Source: Vicugna vicugna (Eukaryota). Taken from it: DNA of 20,000 nucleotides. Every line of letters starts with the position of its first letter. Within the stretch, counting starts at the first letter, position 1. The DNA is taken from the NCBI GenBank assembly GCA_013265495.1, contig MU057947.1:1630076-1650075 (forward strand). The letters are read 5' to 3'. The notes beneath the pieces are model-generated. The model was not told where the DNA came from, did no database searches, and saw only the letters and a program-made list of their open reading frames with translations. Shown one piece after another: positions 1 to 10,212 of this stretch. Made by a program: the position numbers and the translations under genes.

Positions 1-2391
1 GGAATTTACCATCCGTACGCAAGGCAAGGTGAGCTTCTCTACAAGGACTGTCATTTGTGATGATGAAACAGACGCCATCATGTTGCCTGACCGTCAAGCT
101 AACGGACACTTGAAGCTCAGAGGAGGATGGCCGTGCTTGGTGGGGGGGGCCTGGGACAGCGGCTGGAGTGGAAGGGAAGTCTGGACTGTGGAGTCTGAAA
201 CGGGGCCCTGCAGTGGGCACAGCCTTGTCTGTCAGACGGATTGTTCACAGAGAAGGACTCGGTAGCTGCCGTTCCCTTAACCATGCAACTCCCTTATGAC
301 ACAAGCCCAGCCACTCTGGTCCACACAGTCACGCTGCCAGTAAGTTCATTCCATGGGGCAGGGACTGCGACCAACACCGCCTTCTTACTGGAGGCCAATG
401 GGCAGCCATTCTCAGCTCCCGGGGCCCCGCCGTACCCCGCCAGGGGCCCCTCCACAATAGGGTGGCTTCAGCAAAGCCAGGAGGAAACCTCTACACGGAC
501 CCAGCCCTACAGAACAGAGTCACAGCGCCCCAGGGGCTCCCCCTCCTGTTCACAGGCCCGCCCGCTCTCGAGGGAGGGCTGGTTCAGGAGCTGAACGGGG
601 CGGTGTGAGCAAACCTTGGGGCCACAGCAGGCCCCCGAGACGGTGCATGTTACTGCCTCTTACTTGACCTTCACTTCCCAGGCGTGATCTCCATCCCTCC
701 TCCCACCTGACAGGCCTCTGATTCTTTGGCATCTTATGTGCGATTCGGTCCTTGACTCAGGGAATTCTCCAGACCATTTTAGACTCTTTCCTGCCAGAGT
801 CCAGTCCTTCCCTGCAGCCTGACTGCGCGATGTAGTGGCCCCGTCTCCCTGCTGGACCCCGTTCCACGATCTTCACGTCACCAGCCGACCATCAGCCATG
901 TACTCCCAGGAGCGTCTGAGCCTCTCAGGGCGCCGCCGCTGACTCGGAGCCAGGGCGCAGTCCACGCTGCCTGTCTTGCGGGAGAGTGTGGGTTTCTTCG
1001 ATGTTCCGGGCCGTTAGGCTCCCGCGCGTCCACATTGAATCCCCGCCCACTGAGAGTCAGGAGAGCAGGGCCTCGGGTCACACCAGCCCCTTCCAGCTCC
1101 TGCAGCCTGGCCCTCCTGCCCCCAGGCTCCCCTCTGCCTCATTCTCAGGGTCTGAGTTGCACTCTGTTCGCTGCCGTTTCCACCATGGAAGACACCAGAG
1201 CTGGTCATTTGAAACACAGGCACAGAGAAGGGGTGGGAGTGGCCGGGGTGCAGTTCCCAGACCCCACAGCTGACGCCGTGAAAGGGAAACTGTCAGCAGG
1301 TGTCAAGGCCCGGGCAGGGGTCCGAGGCCGGCGCCCGGCTGGCTGGCACGCGGGCGTCCTGCGCGGCACCGTCTGCACTACAGGTGTCCCTGCAGGAGAG
1401 ATGACAGGCGCGGGGGTGCTGCAGTTCCGAGGGGAGACGCTGGCACCCTCTGCGGTCACAGAGACCGGGTCTTTCCTTTTATGGCTGTTTTCAATGTTAT
1501 CCCAGAAACATAACCTTGTTTAAAAACCCCAACGCGTTTTGCCAGAACGAGCAGCAAAATGGTGACCTCACCCCCGCGGCCCTTGGGGGAGGTCGTCTCG
1601 TACCAGGGCGAACGTCGTGGTCTCCTGACAGCTCTTCCGTCCTCCAGCATCATTCTCCCTCGACCCACAGCCCTCTCCTTCCTGAGAGCTCTTTCTCCAG
1701 CCCTGAGACTAGCGGGCCAACCGTCAGCCGGCATGCAGAGTCCTCGGTCTGGCCCCAGCTGCCTTCCCAGCTTCAGTGCGGCCGCGTCCTGTTCAGCCGC
1801 GCTCTGAGCAGCTCCCTCGCTGGCCAAAGTCCCTCGATGGTGCGCACGCCCGGCGGCGGGGCACGGCCAGGGCGACCCTCTCTTGGAAGCCGCTGTGCGG
1901 GGACCTGTTCCCGATGAGACTGGTTCCAACCTCAGCTCCAGCTCCACAAAAACCTCTCTGGATTCCAGGAGTGGGTCTTGTGTTGCCCCTGGGGTGACTC
2001 AACTTTCGAGAAAGGGGACCATGTACAGGAATGTGGTGTGAGAGCGTTGGTGAAGGCTAAAAAGCAAGATAATCCTGCCACTCCTGCCGGCGGGCGGTGC
2101 CCAGGGCCGTCGCCCTCGGGGTCCTGACCACCAGAAGGTGCCCTCAGGCACCCAAAGGAGACAGATGCCTTTCATCTCCAAAACCAAAGGCTGTTTGAGT
2201 ATCTGTCAATCCTCGGGTCACAGAAAAGGCCAGGAGCCCATCCACCAGAGAAAAAGGAGGTGGCTGAGCCCTGAACTGTATGGCGGGGTCGTCCATCCAT
2301 GAGGGGTCTCCCAGGCCGGGCGCTGAGTCAGCACAGGGGTCCGGGCTCCCCTCTGCCCGGGGGGCGGTCGTGGCTGCTCGTGCACCTGGGA

Positions 2392-2413
2392 TGTCTGTCT
2401 GTCTGTCTGTCTG
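2392..2413. repeat. (TGTC)n microsatellite, about 5.5 units
   Basis: tgtctgtctgtctgtctgtctg seen directly. Confidence 0.85.
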
Positions 2414-4139
2414 CACCTCGTGCTCAGCTCAGCCCAGATGCAGGGCTGGGTCTTCCCGGGACCTCCTTTTGGGCTGACGTCCATGCAAACACAAACCCGT
2501 TTCTTTAGAAGCTAATGTTCTTGACCAGCTTTGATGCTCAGACACCTGCATTTAGTCTTTGCCCCTCAGTGACTGCAAACACTGACCTGTTACCCTGAAC
2601 GGGCAGAGCCGTTCATCCTGAGTGGGGAGTTCCCTTCTGGTTTTTACAACCAAGTGTCCAGCCCCAACCCCTGACCCAGCACCACCCACCTCCATGGGCG
2701 GCTCTCCAGCCCCTGCAGAGCCCAGATTCCACTCCCTGCAGCTGACTCTCCCCCAGGCCCTCCGCTCCTAAGCACCCCGGGCCCCACCGCCCTGACGACG
2801 CAGTTCAGGTGTGAGGAGGTGCCCAGCCAGTGCCATGCCTGTCACACCTCCTTCCTCTGCCTCCCCTCCTCCCACGCTCCCTGTGCCCGCAGGCTCAACC
2901 CCCAACAAACCCGACTTCTTTGTAATTAGCGCTCAAGTCATCACCCTCCTTATCCCATTTCCTGGAACGCATGCTGCGTCTTCTGTTTCCGGCTTTGGAG
3001 GTCCCGACAGTTAAAGGCGGGAGCTGGACTCAGCGCAGGGGACGTGAGCAGCCGGTGCTCCCGGCTCAGTCCAGCCAGGGAGGTGGTATCGTCTCCGGGA
3101 TTGTCTAGAAGCAGCGTGGGATGGGGCTTGGGTACCGGCGGCACATTTGGGAGGTGATTCCAGGTGTGCTGGGAGGAGAAAAGCCAAGGGCGGTGCCTGA
3201 GCGACCAGGTGACCCCTGGGCCGCGGGGTGAGGTCCTTTGGGGAAGCTTGGAAGACGCATGTAGAACATGCTGGAACCTGCCTGCAATTTGTCCCGTGAC
3301 GTGGAAGTAGGGGATCGCCCCGACCCCCTTCCCTGGCTGAGTGTTGTCTTGGAGGTGTTCAACCCCCAAATTTAGGGGGGGGCAGTGGTCACATGTGGAA
3401 AGTTCCCCTGAGCCCAGGTGAGCCAGGCGACCCTTGGTGAGCCCAGAAGTGACCAAGGGGCTGCTTGCTTCCCCCGAACTCTGGGGCAAGTCGACCCACT
3501 GTCACCTCCCAGTGCTCAGTGCTTTACCAATGTTGGCACTTCCTTTTCGTATTTTGATGGATAAAATACTTCGCACTGTTATTCCACCACAGCTCAGCTA
3601 ATTTGACTTCCTTTTCGCATGAAGGATAGTTCTAACCCGGTTCTAGGAATTAGCGGTTCATGGTCCCCCCAACGTCATCTTCACAATCAGCCCACTCCCT
3701 GCTCGCTGACACGGTGGCCACGGTGATATTTAGAGCTGAGCTGCCGCGCATTCAGCACACGCAGCTGACCCGGGACAGAGGAAGCCAAGAGAAAGCACAA
3801 GTCAGGAGAAGAACACTGAGATTCAAAAAGTCATGAATAGTCAACACCTGCGCTTCTTACAGCCCGCGCTGGCGCAGCGCCGGCCGAGCCGGCTCTCGGG
3901 AGCTTTCAGACAGCACTAGGGGAAGGCATTGCACAAAAGGGACTTTTTCCGGAACACTCTGGTATATAGTAGACGTCAAGTGTTGACAGCGTGTAGGAAA
4001 CACCCCCCCCACCAAAAGTGCCTGCATCGACGTGACCGTGAGGGCGCTGCCTGAAACAGCACCAGCGGGACACAGACAGAACAAATGGAGAGGGGGGATT
4101 CTGAACTGACATTGATAGACTATCGTGCTCTTACCAAAA

Positions 4140-4490
4140 ATGTTTTCCCAAGGTTTATAAGAATATTTTTAAAATGCATAAAAGGGACAAAACAGTGTTT
4201 AAATATATAAATGAGATTGAATCTTATGACGCTGACTATGCTGAAAGAGTTGGTTCAGCCACGATCAGCCACAGGTCAGTCTTGGTTAGACTGTCTAGGA
4301 AAAATGTTTGTTCTTGATATTTCTTTAAAATCTGTTTTTAGGGGAAAAAACACTAGAAGGAATTGTACCCATTGATGGGGATGACTGTCCCTCAGGGCAG
4401 GATTTCAGGTGCCCTTTTTCTTCTTCTTGGCATTCTTGGTATTCCGTGAATTCTGTGATGAGCACGTGTTCCTTGGGTAGCACAACTTTA
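4140..4490 (+). mobile_element. Ancient L1 (L1ME/L1MC-type) 3' UTR fragment
   Basis: 4345-4485 (aaaaaaacactagaaggaattgtaccc...gactgtccctcagggcaggatttcaggtgccctttttcttcttcttggcattcttggtattccgtgaattctgtgatgagcacgtgttcctt) follows the recalled L1ME 3' end (aaaaaagactggaaggaaatacacc...gtggttatctctggg...ggattatgggtgatttttattttcttc...ttttctacaatgagcatgtattactttt). The upstream AT-rich part is a weaker match, so the left boundary is approximate. Confidence 0.65.
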
Positions 4491-7057
4491 TTTTGTTAGT
4501 GGTGTGACCATGCGTCTTGCGAGACTTTGAGGAGTTTTCACAGGAACATGGAGCAGACAAGTTCCCACGAGGCCGATCCGCTTGCTGGGGCAGACGCTGC
4601 GGGTGTTCGGGACCCCAGGGCTGCAGCTCGGGCCCCGTCTCCGGGCCGTCTCGCCCGTGACGCCCGCACGCCCGTGGGGATGCCGAGCCCCTCCCCGCGT
4701 CCTGGCCCGGGTACCGCTGTGGCTCCAGAGAGGCCATCACCCACCGGGGGGCCCTCCTGCTGTTGGGAGGAGATGCTGGGCCCAGGTGGCTGGAGGGCGC
4801 CTGGCAAAGAGCCTCTGTTTCATTTGTACTAACTTTGCACCAACGGCCTCATGGTGGTCGCCCGTCTGAGCACAGAAAGGCTCGGGTGTGCGGTCTGTGT
4901 GGTACTCATTCCAGCACAGACTTGGATCCAAACTCCAGGGGGCTCATCTGGCCGTGGCATCGGTCTATCTCCCCAGGGCTGCCCACGGCCAAGGGGCTGG
5001 CCAAGGGTCACCTGCCGAGGGCCTGACCTCAGAGGGCCTGAGTCAAGATCCAGGGTTACGGAAAAGTCTTTCCTTCCTGGCCCCCGGGAAGGCCGTCCCT
5101 ACTTCCAAGGGGCATTTTGCAGAAGGAAGAGGCCCTCAACAGCACGTCCCCAGTGCCTTTATCTAAGCAGACAGGGGTAAATGAATAGTCTTCTGCTGGG
5201 TTTACTCTGCCCCTTACAGCCCGGGTTTTAAAAAGGCTCTCTTGTGGTTTGTACTCGTGAAAACAATACAGAAACAAAAGCTTCCACTTACAGATTACAA
5301 AACCGCAAACCCAAAGGCCCCTTCCCCAGGCCAGAATCCCCACGGAAGGCCCTAAGCCAGGCCCTTTTAAACCACCAGGAATCCGCACAGCCTTGCTTCA
5401 TTATTGCATCAGTTCAGGACTTCCCAAGCTGGAGCATTGAACAAAGGCGATGAAAAGTCGTGTTAATCACTCGGTCCACAAATCAAGCGGCCTTTCTGGG
5501 CCTCATGTTTAAGCAGCTGGAAATCTGATGGGCTTTGCTGTCAAGTCCTCGAGTGTGAGCAGCTCATAAAGGCGGCCGGCGTGCTTTATAGAGACCCTCT
5601 CTACGGCACCAGCGGGGCACTCGGACTGGCCTTGTCTGTTCACAAGCCGCTTGCAGGCGTCTTCTGAAATCCTTGCAAGGTAGGGGTCTAGGCTCCCCAG
5701 AAAAACTCAGAGCGCTGGGGCTGGTGCCTCATGCCCCCACCTTGTTTCCACCGATTCTCACATGTCGGCACCTAAGAACCAAAGTCTGGATGGAATCACC
5801 CACTTCAATGAGGCAAGAAAATCTCATTAGTGAAACCACTCAACCGAGGCCACGGGGATACATTCCGAGACCGACCGCGTCAACTTCGCGTCCTGGGCAG
5901 GAGAGGGTGGTGTCTCCGGCAGCCTCCCACGTAGGTTAGTCTGATGCTGTGTTGCTAAGTGGGGCCTGGTTGGTTTCCAAAACAAAGAGGGGGAGCACTT
6001 TGACATTGACGACATGAAACAGATGCTCGCACGTGTTTCTCAAAAGCTCACGCGCCATCACGTCTAGGGAAGATGGTTCGCGTCTCCCAGTGAATTCCAC
6101 CGGAGCAGACTGGTCAGACTGATTCAGGCCCTCAGAATTATAAATATGTCTGCACTGTCAGGCGGAGCGTGGCAGCCAAACTCAGACGCATCCATCGTGC
6201 GGGTCTCCAGGGAGGAGCCCTGTCCTGGGTGACTCTGTGGGGCAGGAATCTGCTCCATCTCATCGCGTGACTAACGCCTGAGCCCAGCCCTGCGGGCGAT
6301 TCGTGGCCACAGGAGTGGAGGAGAGAGAAACAGAAAGAGCCTCTGCTCCAGGGGACATACCCCTCATCTGGGCTCCGCGGGCCCCCCCCGGAGCCAGTGC
6401 CGGGCGGGCCTGGGGGCACGTGCAGCAAGACCAGAGCCCGGGCACTGAGGGGGTCCCGGGGATCCCTGAGTGCCTAGTGGGAGCCCCGCTCCTCCAGGGG
6501 CTGCCACCCCACACGGTCACGTGGCGGCACGGAGGAGGCACAGAGCGGTGGCGTGGCGTCACGTGTCAGTCAGGTGGGGCGGGCAGGCCGGGCAGGCGGG
6601 CTCCCAGGATGGGACTCGGTGTCAAGAATGGAAAGTGGGCAGAGAGGGTGGTGAGACAGCTCAGGGTGGCCGGCGGGGCTGGTGACTGGCGGTGACACTG
6701 GGTACAAGCTTCCAGGACCATAAGGCCAGTGTACTGGACACAGAACCAGCAACCCCCTTGGGTGGCAGTGACGGTGACCAAATGGGGTCAAGGCCCTGTG
6801 GGCGCTGCCCTCCCAGACGTCTGGAGAAGTGGCCGGAACCGAGGGGCAGGAACGGCCGGGAGCTCCGGCCTTTGTCCCTCACCTCCTGCCTCTGGGGCGG
6901 GGCGCAGAGAGGGGAAGTGGCTTTGCCGGGCGTCTCTGGTGTCCCCGTGGGAGGGAGAGCGGGCACGTGGGGGCAGAGCCTCGGCGAGGGAGAGGCCAAT
7001 GCCCTTCCCATCCTCCACGCCGGGTTGTGCCGGGGCCTGGGGAGCATTCAGCCCCTC

Positions 7058-7327
7058 CACACACAGACACACACACACACAGTCCTGTACACACAGACAC
7101 ACATGTATACACACATTCACACATTACACACCACACACACCCCTCTGCGCATGTACACACACATACACACACGTGTGCCCCTCTACACACTTACACACTC
7201 CCATGCGCACCAGCCACACACACAGCATATACATGCACATACTGGCTCCCCTCTACACACGTACATACCTCTGCACACACATCCTCGTGCATACAGCACA
7301 CGGACACGCAGACACACAGCCCACACG
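7058..7327. repeat. Degenerate (CA)n low-complexity tract; UG-rich on the TCERG1L pre-mRNA
   Basis: About 270 bp of interrupted CA runs (acacagacacacacacacac...catgtacacacacatacacac). Explains the THTH/VCVC ORFs. Confidence 0.9.
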
Positions 7328-8685
7328 AGAGCCTCAGCTGTTTCAGAGGCCATTCCGTCCTGCAGGAGCTGTTTATTCAAATCACCTCTACGTCTTGGAA
7401 AACAAAGAATGTCTCGTGGGGAGGGAGTCTTTTTTAAAATAAAATTTTAGCTTAATAACTGTGGTTTTTAAAATCAGGTCTTTACGAAGATGCCCTCCGC
7501 GTACACCAGGGTGGCCCTGTGCGTGTGCGCACGGCGCTTGCTCTTGCACTCCGTGTCACCGGGCGTATCTGCTCATTTAGGTGAACGCGCTGCTCTGCAG
7601 TTCTGAGCTCACAAGGCTACTTCTCCTGCCAGGGCCTTGCGCCAAGGGCTGTATTTTATTTCCGAGCGAGTCTCTGGATAGATAAAGCGATGCAGGCACT
7701 AAAATTCACGGTGCAAAGGGAAAGTGGTCTCCCGTGAGGGTGGCTGAGATAATCTCCCTCTTGCGTCTAATTCTTAAGAGCTGGCGCCACCTCCGTCCTC
7801 CCCGAAGCCCCAGGGCCTCACCGCACCAGTGCCCCAGCCCGACTCTGAGGAGCCCGGCTCGGTCCCCCTGCTCCGGGGAGACGGGTCTCCCGGGCGGCCC
7901 TCCCCTGCTGTCCTCCCGGGGCCCGAGTCTCCATTCCAGCTGCACCTGCTCGGGGAGGGGCTGCAGAATGCATCCTGGGGGGAGCTGGCTGCAGGGCGCG
8001 TTTGCTTTTGAATTCCCAAGGCCATCTCCAGTCTTCATGATAATTATCACTACACACACATTCCTATTACTGCCTTCTGCGTTCAGCCTCATTTTGTGAA
8101 GAAATCCAAGTGGACTACACTGTTGTATCAGGTTCACTTTATACCCAAAAGCCAAAGCAGGAAAGAAAACTCATTGGCAGGAGATTCAATTATGAAAGGG
8201 TTTTTCCCCCTAAATTCAAACGAGATTCAGAAGTCAACTGCCACCAAGTCACCCTAAGGGTGTAAAGACCGCTGGGCCCGTCCACAGGTGTGGGAGCCCC
8301 TGCCCGAGCCCGACGTCCGCGGGGCTCGTGCCTCAGGGAGGTGTGCGCCCCGGCCCCCAGCCCGGCGCCAGCAGGAATTGCATCGGCACAGACACGTGCT
8401 TCCTCTGCGCCTTCCCTGTAACCGTCCCTTCCAGGGACCCACTCCTGTTTGCCTGTCAGCGGCTTCCACGTACAGGTGGAGACAGGTGCCCTGCGATGCC
8501 ACCACGCCCTTCAGAGCCTCCTTCCCCATCAGGACAAGAAGGAGGTTCCTTTTCTTGCGCTTTGGCCTCAGATCGTTTGACCCCTGAGTGTCACCCGGCC
8601 TGATTCCATGGCCCCGTAGGGAAAGGGGCGGGTCCCTGGGCTTGGGGGACGGTCACTGAGGAGCGCCTCCACTTGTGGTCCTTAC

Positions 8686-8824
8686 CCCTCTCTCCAGAAG
8701 CATGTCTCGGAAGTGGGTCGCCCGCTCCTCCAGGGGCAGGAGGATCTGGGCGGGCGGTGGCGTCTTGGCGCCCAGGTCCTCTCTCTCCGCCTCCTCGGGC
8801 CCGGGACTCGCGAGGCCTTCCGTC
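8686..8824 (-). CDS. TCERG1L: TCERG1L internal coding exon (probably exon 9), 139 nt: (R)[46 protein letters not shown], start of the first FF domain
   Basis: The peptide matches recalled human TCERG1L ([45 protein letters not shown]) and the TCERG1 FF1 motif ([18 protein letters not shown]). Acceptor is ctgac-tctctctgtcttgtcccccgAAG|G with a branch motif about 25 nt upstream; donor is GGG|GTAAGG. Length is 1 nt + 46 codons, compatible with the phase-2 end of the upstream exon. Confidence 0.96.
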
Positions 8825-9934
8825 CTTCGGGGGACAAGACAGAGAGAGTCAGACGTGACCTTGGAGATGCAGCTGCTTGTCACTGCAACCTTTCAAAAGG
8901 CTCCAGGTGACCCTGTCAGAAGCAAAGACCCTTTGAACACTTTGGGAAGCCTGGTGCTGTCGGCCCAGCGAGGCCGAGACTTGGCCTCAAACGGCTTTGC
9001 TGTGTTTGGGGCAGAAAGTCGAGACGGAAGCCCCGTGCGTGGAGCGGCAGCCGGAGGGAAGGCAGCAGGGCCCCCAGGCGGGAGGCTGAGAGGCCCCCGC
9101 GCCAGGGAATCGCCGCTCCAGGCTGTCGCCGCCGGGGAACAGAGCCAGCCTTCCTCTGAACAAGTCGCTGAAGCTAACCCCCGGTTCGCTGGGGTTTTTA
9201 GAGAGGCCTTTATCTGGGACAAATGCACGGAAGACGGTCCTGGGGAGACTGTTCTCTCGGCACCCAGGGTACAGAAAACAGAACCTGTTGTCCTGAGGTC
9301 CAGCCCGAAAGGGAGATTCCAGCGGCAGCAGGGGGATGGGCCCCAGCCCGGGCAGCCGGCCCAGGATGGGCAGGGCTGGGCCACCGGGACCCGCAGGCTG
9401 TCCCCGCGGCGGGAAGGAAGGGGAGAGGCCGCTTTCATGAAGCACCAGCTCTGTGACTTGCGTGCTTTCTCTACCTGGCCATTTGAAAGACCTCCTCACA
9501 TCGCTGCATCTTATTCTGGAAGCATCTGAAAGCCTCCTTCTAAAACACCTTGACATTTGCTGCTGGAAGAAAGCATGTGGCCAAATGCAGATACAGTAGC
9601 TGCCACGCCTGGCCCCCCCGGTCCCTGATCTGCCCTGCTCGGGAGCGGGGTCCCCCCAGTTGCCAACCCCGTCTCCTCTCACGCAGCCCACCCTCAGCCA
9701 TGGTGCGCAGACTCGACCATGCTGGCCTGGAGAGCAGCCTGCCTCTCACGCAGACCCCCTGCGGGCCTCCTGCCCGCCCAGCCCTGCCCCCACCCCGGGT
9801 CAGGGCCTGCGGCAGTGATGCCAGGCGGCAGGTGGCTTAGTACCTCCTGCGGACCCGACAGCAGGGAGCACGCACTTGAGGAGTCTGGCCTTTCCCTGCT
9901 TCTTTGCACAGCCAGCCTCACCCCGGGAACTGCA

Positions 9935-9987
9935 GGGCTGAAGTCACTCAGGCCACGCGTGCCCAGTTTCCTGATGCAGGTCGAGAT
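9935..9987 (+). mobile_element. Degenerate MIR core fragment
   Basis: aagtcactcaggccacgcgtgcccagtttcctgatgcagg resembles the MIR core aagtcacttaacctctctgtgcctcagtttcctcatctgtaaa. Confidence 0.4.
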
Positions 9988-10134
9988 CAGGGCTCTCGCC
10001 CGGGTGACTTGCTCCTCGGGGACTCCGGCAGTGTCTGGGGACAGTTGTGATTGTCACTGCTGGGGCAGCACTCCCAGCACACAGGAACAGAGTCCAAGGG
10101 TGCCGCTAAACACCCTGCAGTGCACAGGACAAGC
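9988..10134 (+). mobile_element. MER20 (hAT-Charlie DNA transposon), 3'-truncated
   Basis: cagggctctcgcccgggtgacttgctcctcggggactccggcagtgtctggggacagttgtgattgtcactgctgggg...agagtccaagggtgccgctaaacaccctgcagtgcacaggaca is colinear with the recalled MER20 consensus (CAGTGGTTCTCAACC...GGCAATGTCTGGAGACATTTTTGGTTGTCACAACTGGGG...GAGGCCAGGGATGCTGCTAAACATCCTACAATGCACAGGACA). Confidence 0.85.
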
Positions 10135-10149
10135 GGGGCACGTCTACAC

Positions 10150-10212
10150 CCCCACATGTGGGGAGGGGACGGACTGCTCAAGGTCACACAGTCGCTTGGC
10201 AGCCCGACCAGG
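10150..10212 (-). mobile_element. Short MIR fragment
   Basis: ggactgctcaaggtcacacagtcg matches the reverse MIR core gacttgcccaaggtcacacagct. Confidence 0.4.

Larger units (their letters stand above)
1..8685 (-). other. TCERG1L: Intron of TCERG1L downstream of the 139-nt exon (probably intron 9); runs past the window edge
   Basis: Begins with donor GGG|GTAAGG (GT at 8685-8684). I did not find the expected next exon ([20 protein letters not shown]..., recalled from TCERG1/TCERG1L) on the minus strand of 1-8685. Confidence 0.8.

Noticed and set aside
3060..3190. Possible MER5-like fragment
   Set aside because: Only a short motif (aggtgattc) resembles the consensus; too weak to call.
5605..5621. 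CTCF-like ggcaccagcggggcact
   Set aside because: Needs a one-base gap to fit the CTCF core.
6692..7450. Three overlapping 200-250 aa ORFs
   Set aside because: Kept open by GC-rich sequence plus the stop-free CA tract.
9464..9478. AFSTW peptide resembling the next TCERG1L exon ([10 protein letters not shown])
   Set aside because: Wrong strand, wrong side of the exon, and similarity ends after five residues; coincidence.
8675..9529. 284-aa plus-strand ORF overlapping the TCERG1L exon antisense
   Set aside because: GTG start, no recognisable domain and Gly/Ala/Arg/Pro-rich composition; expected by chance at this GC content.
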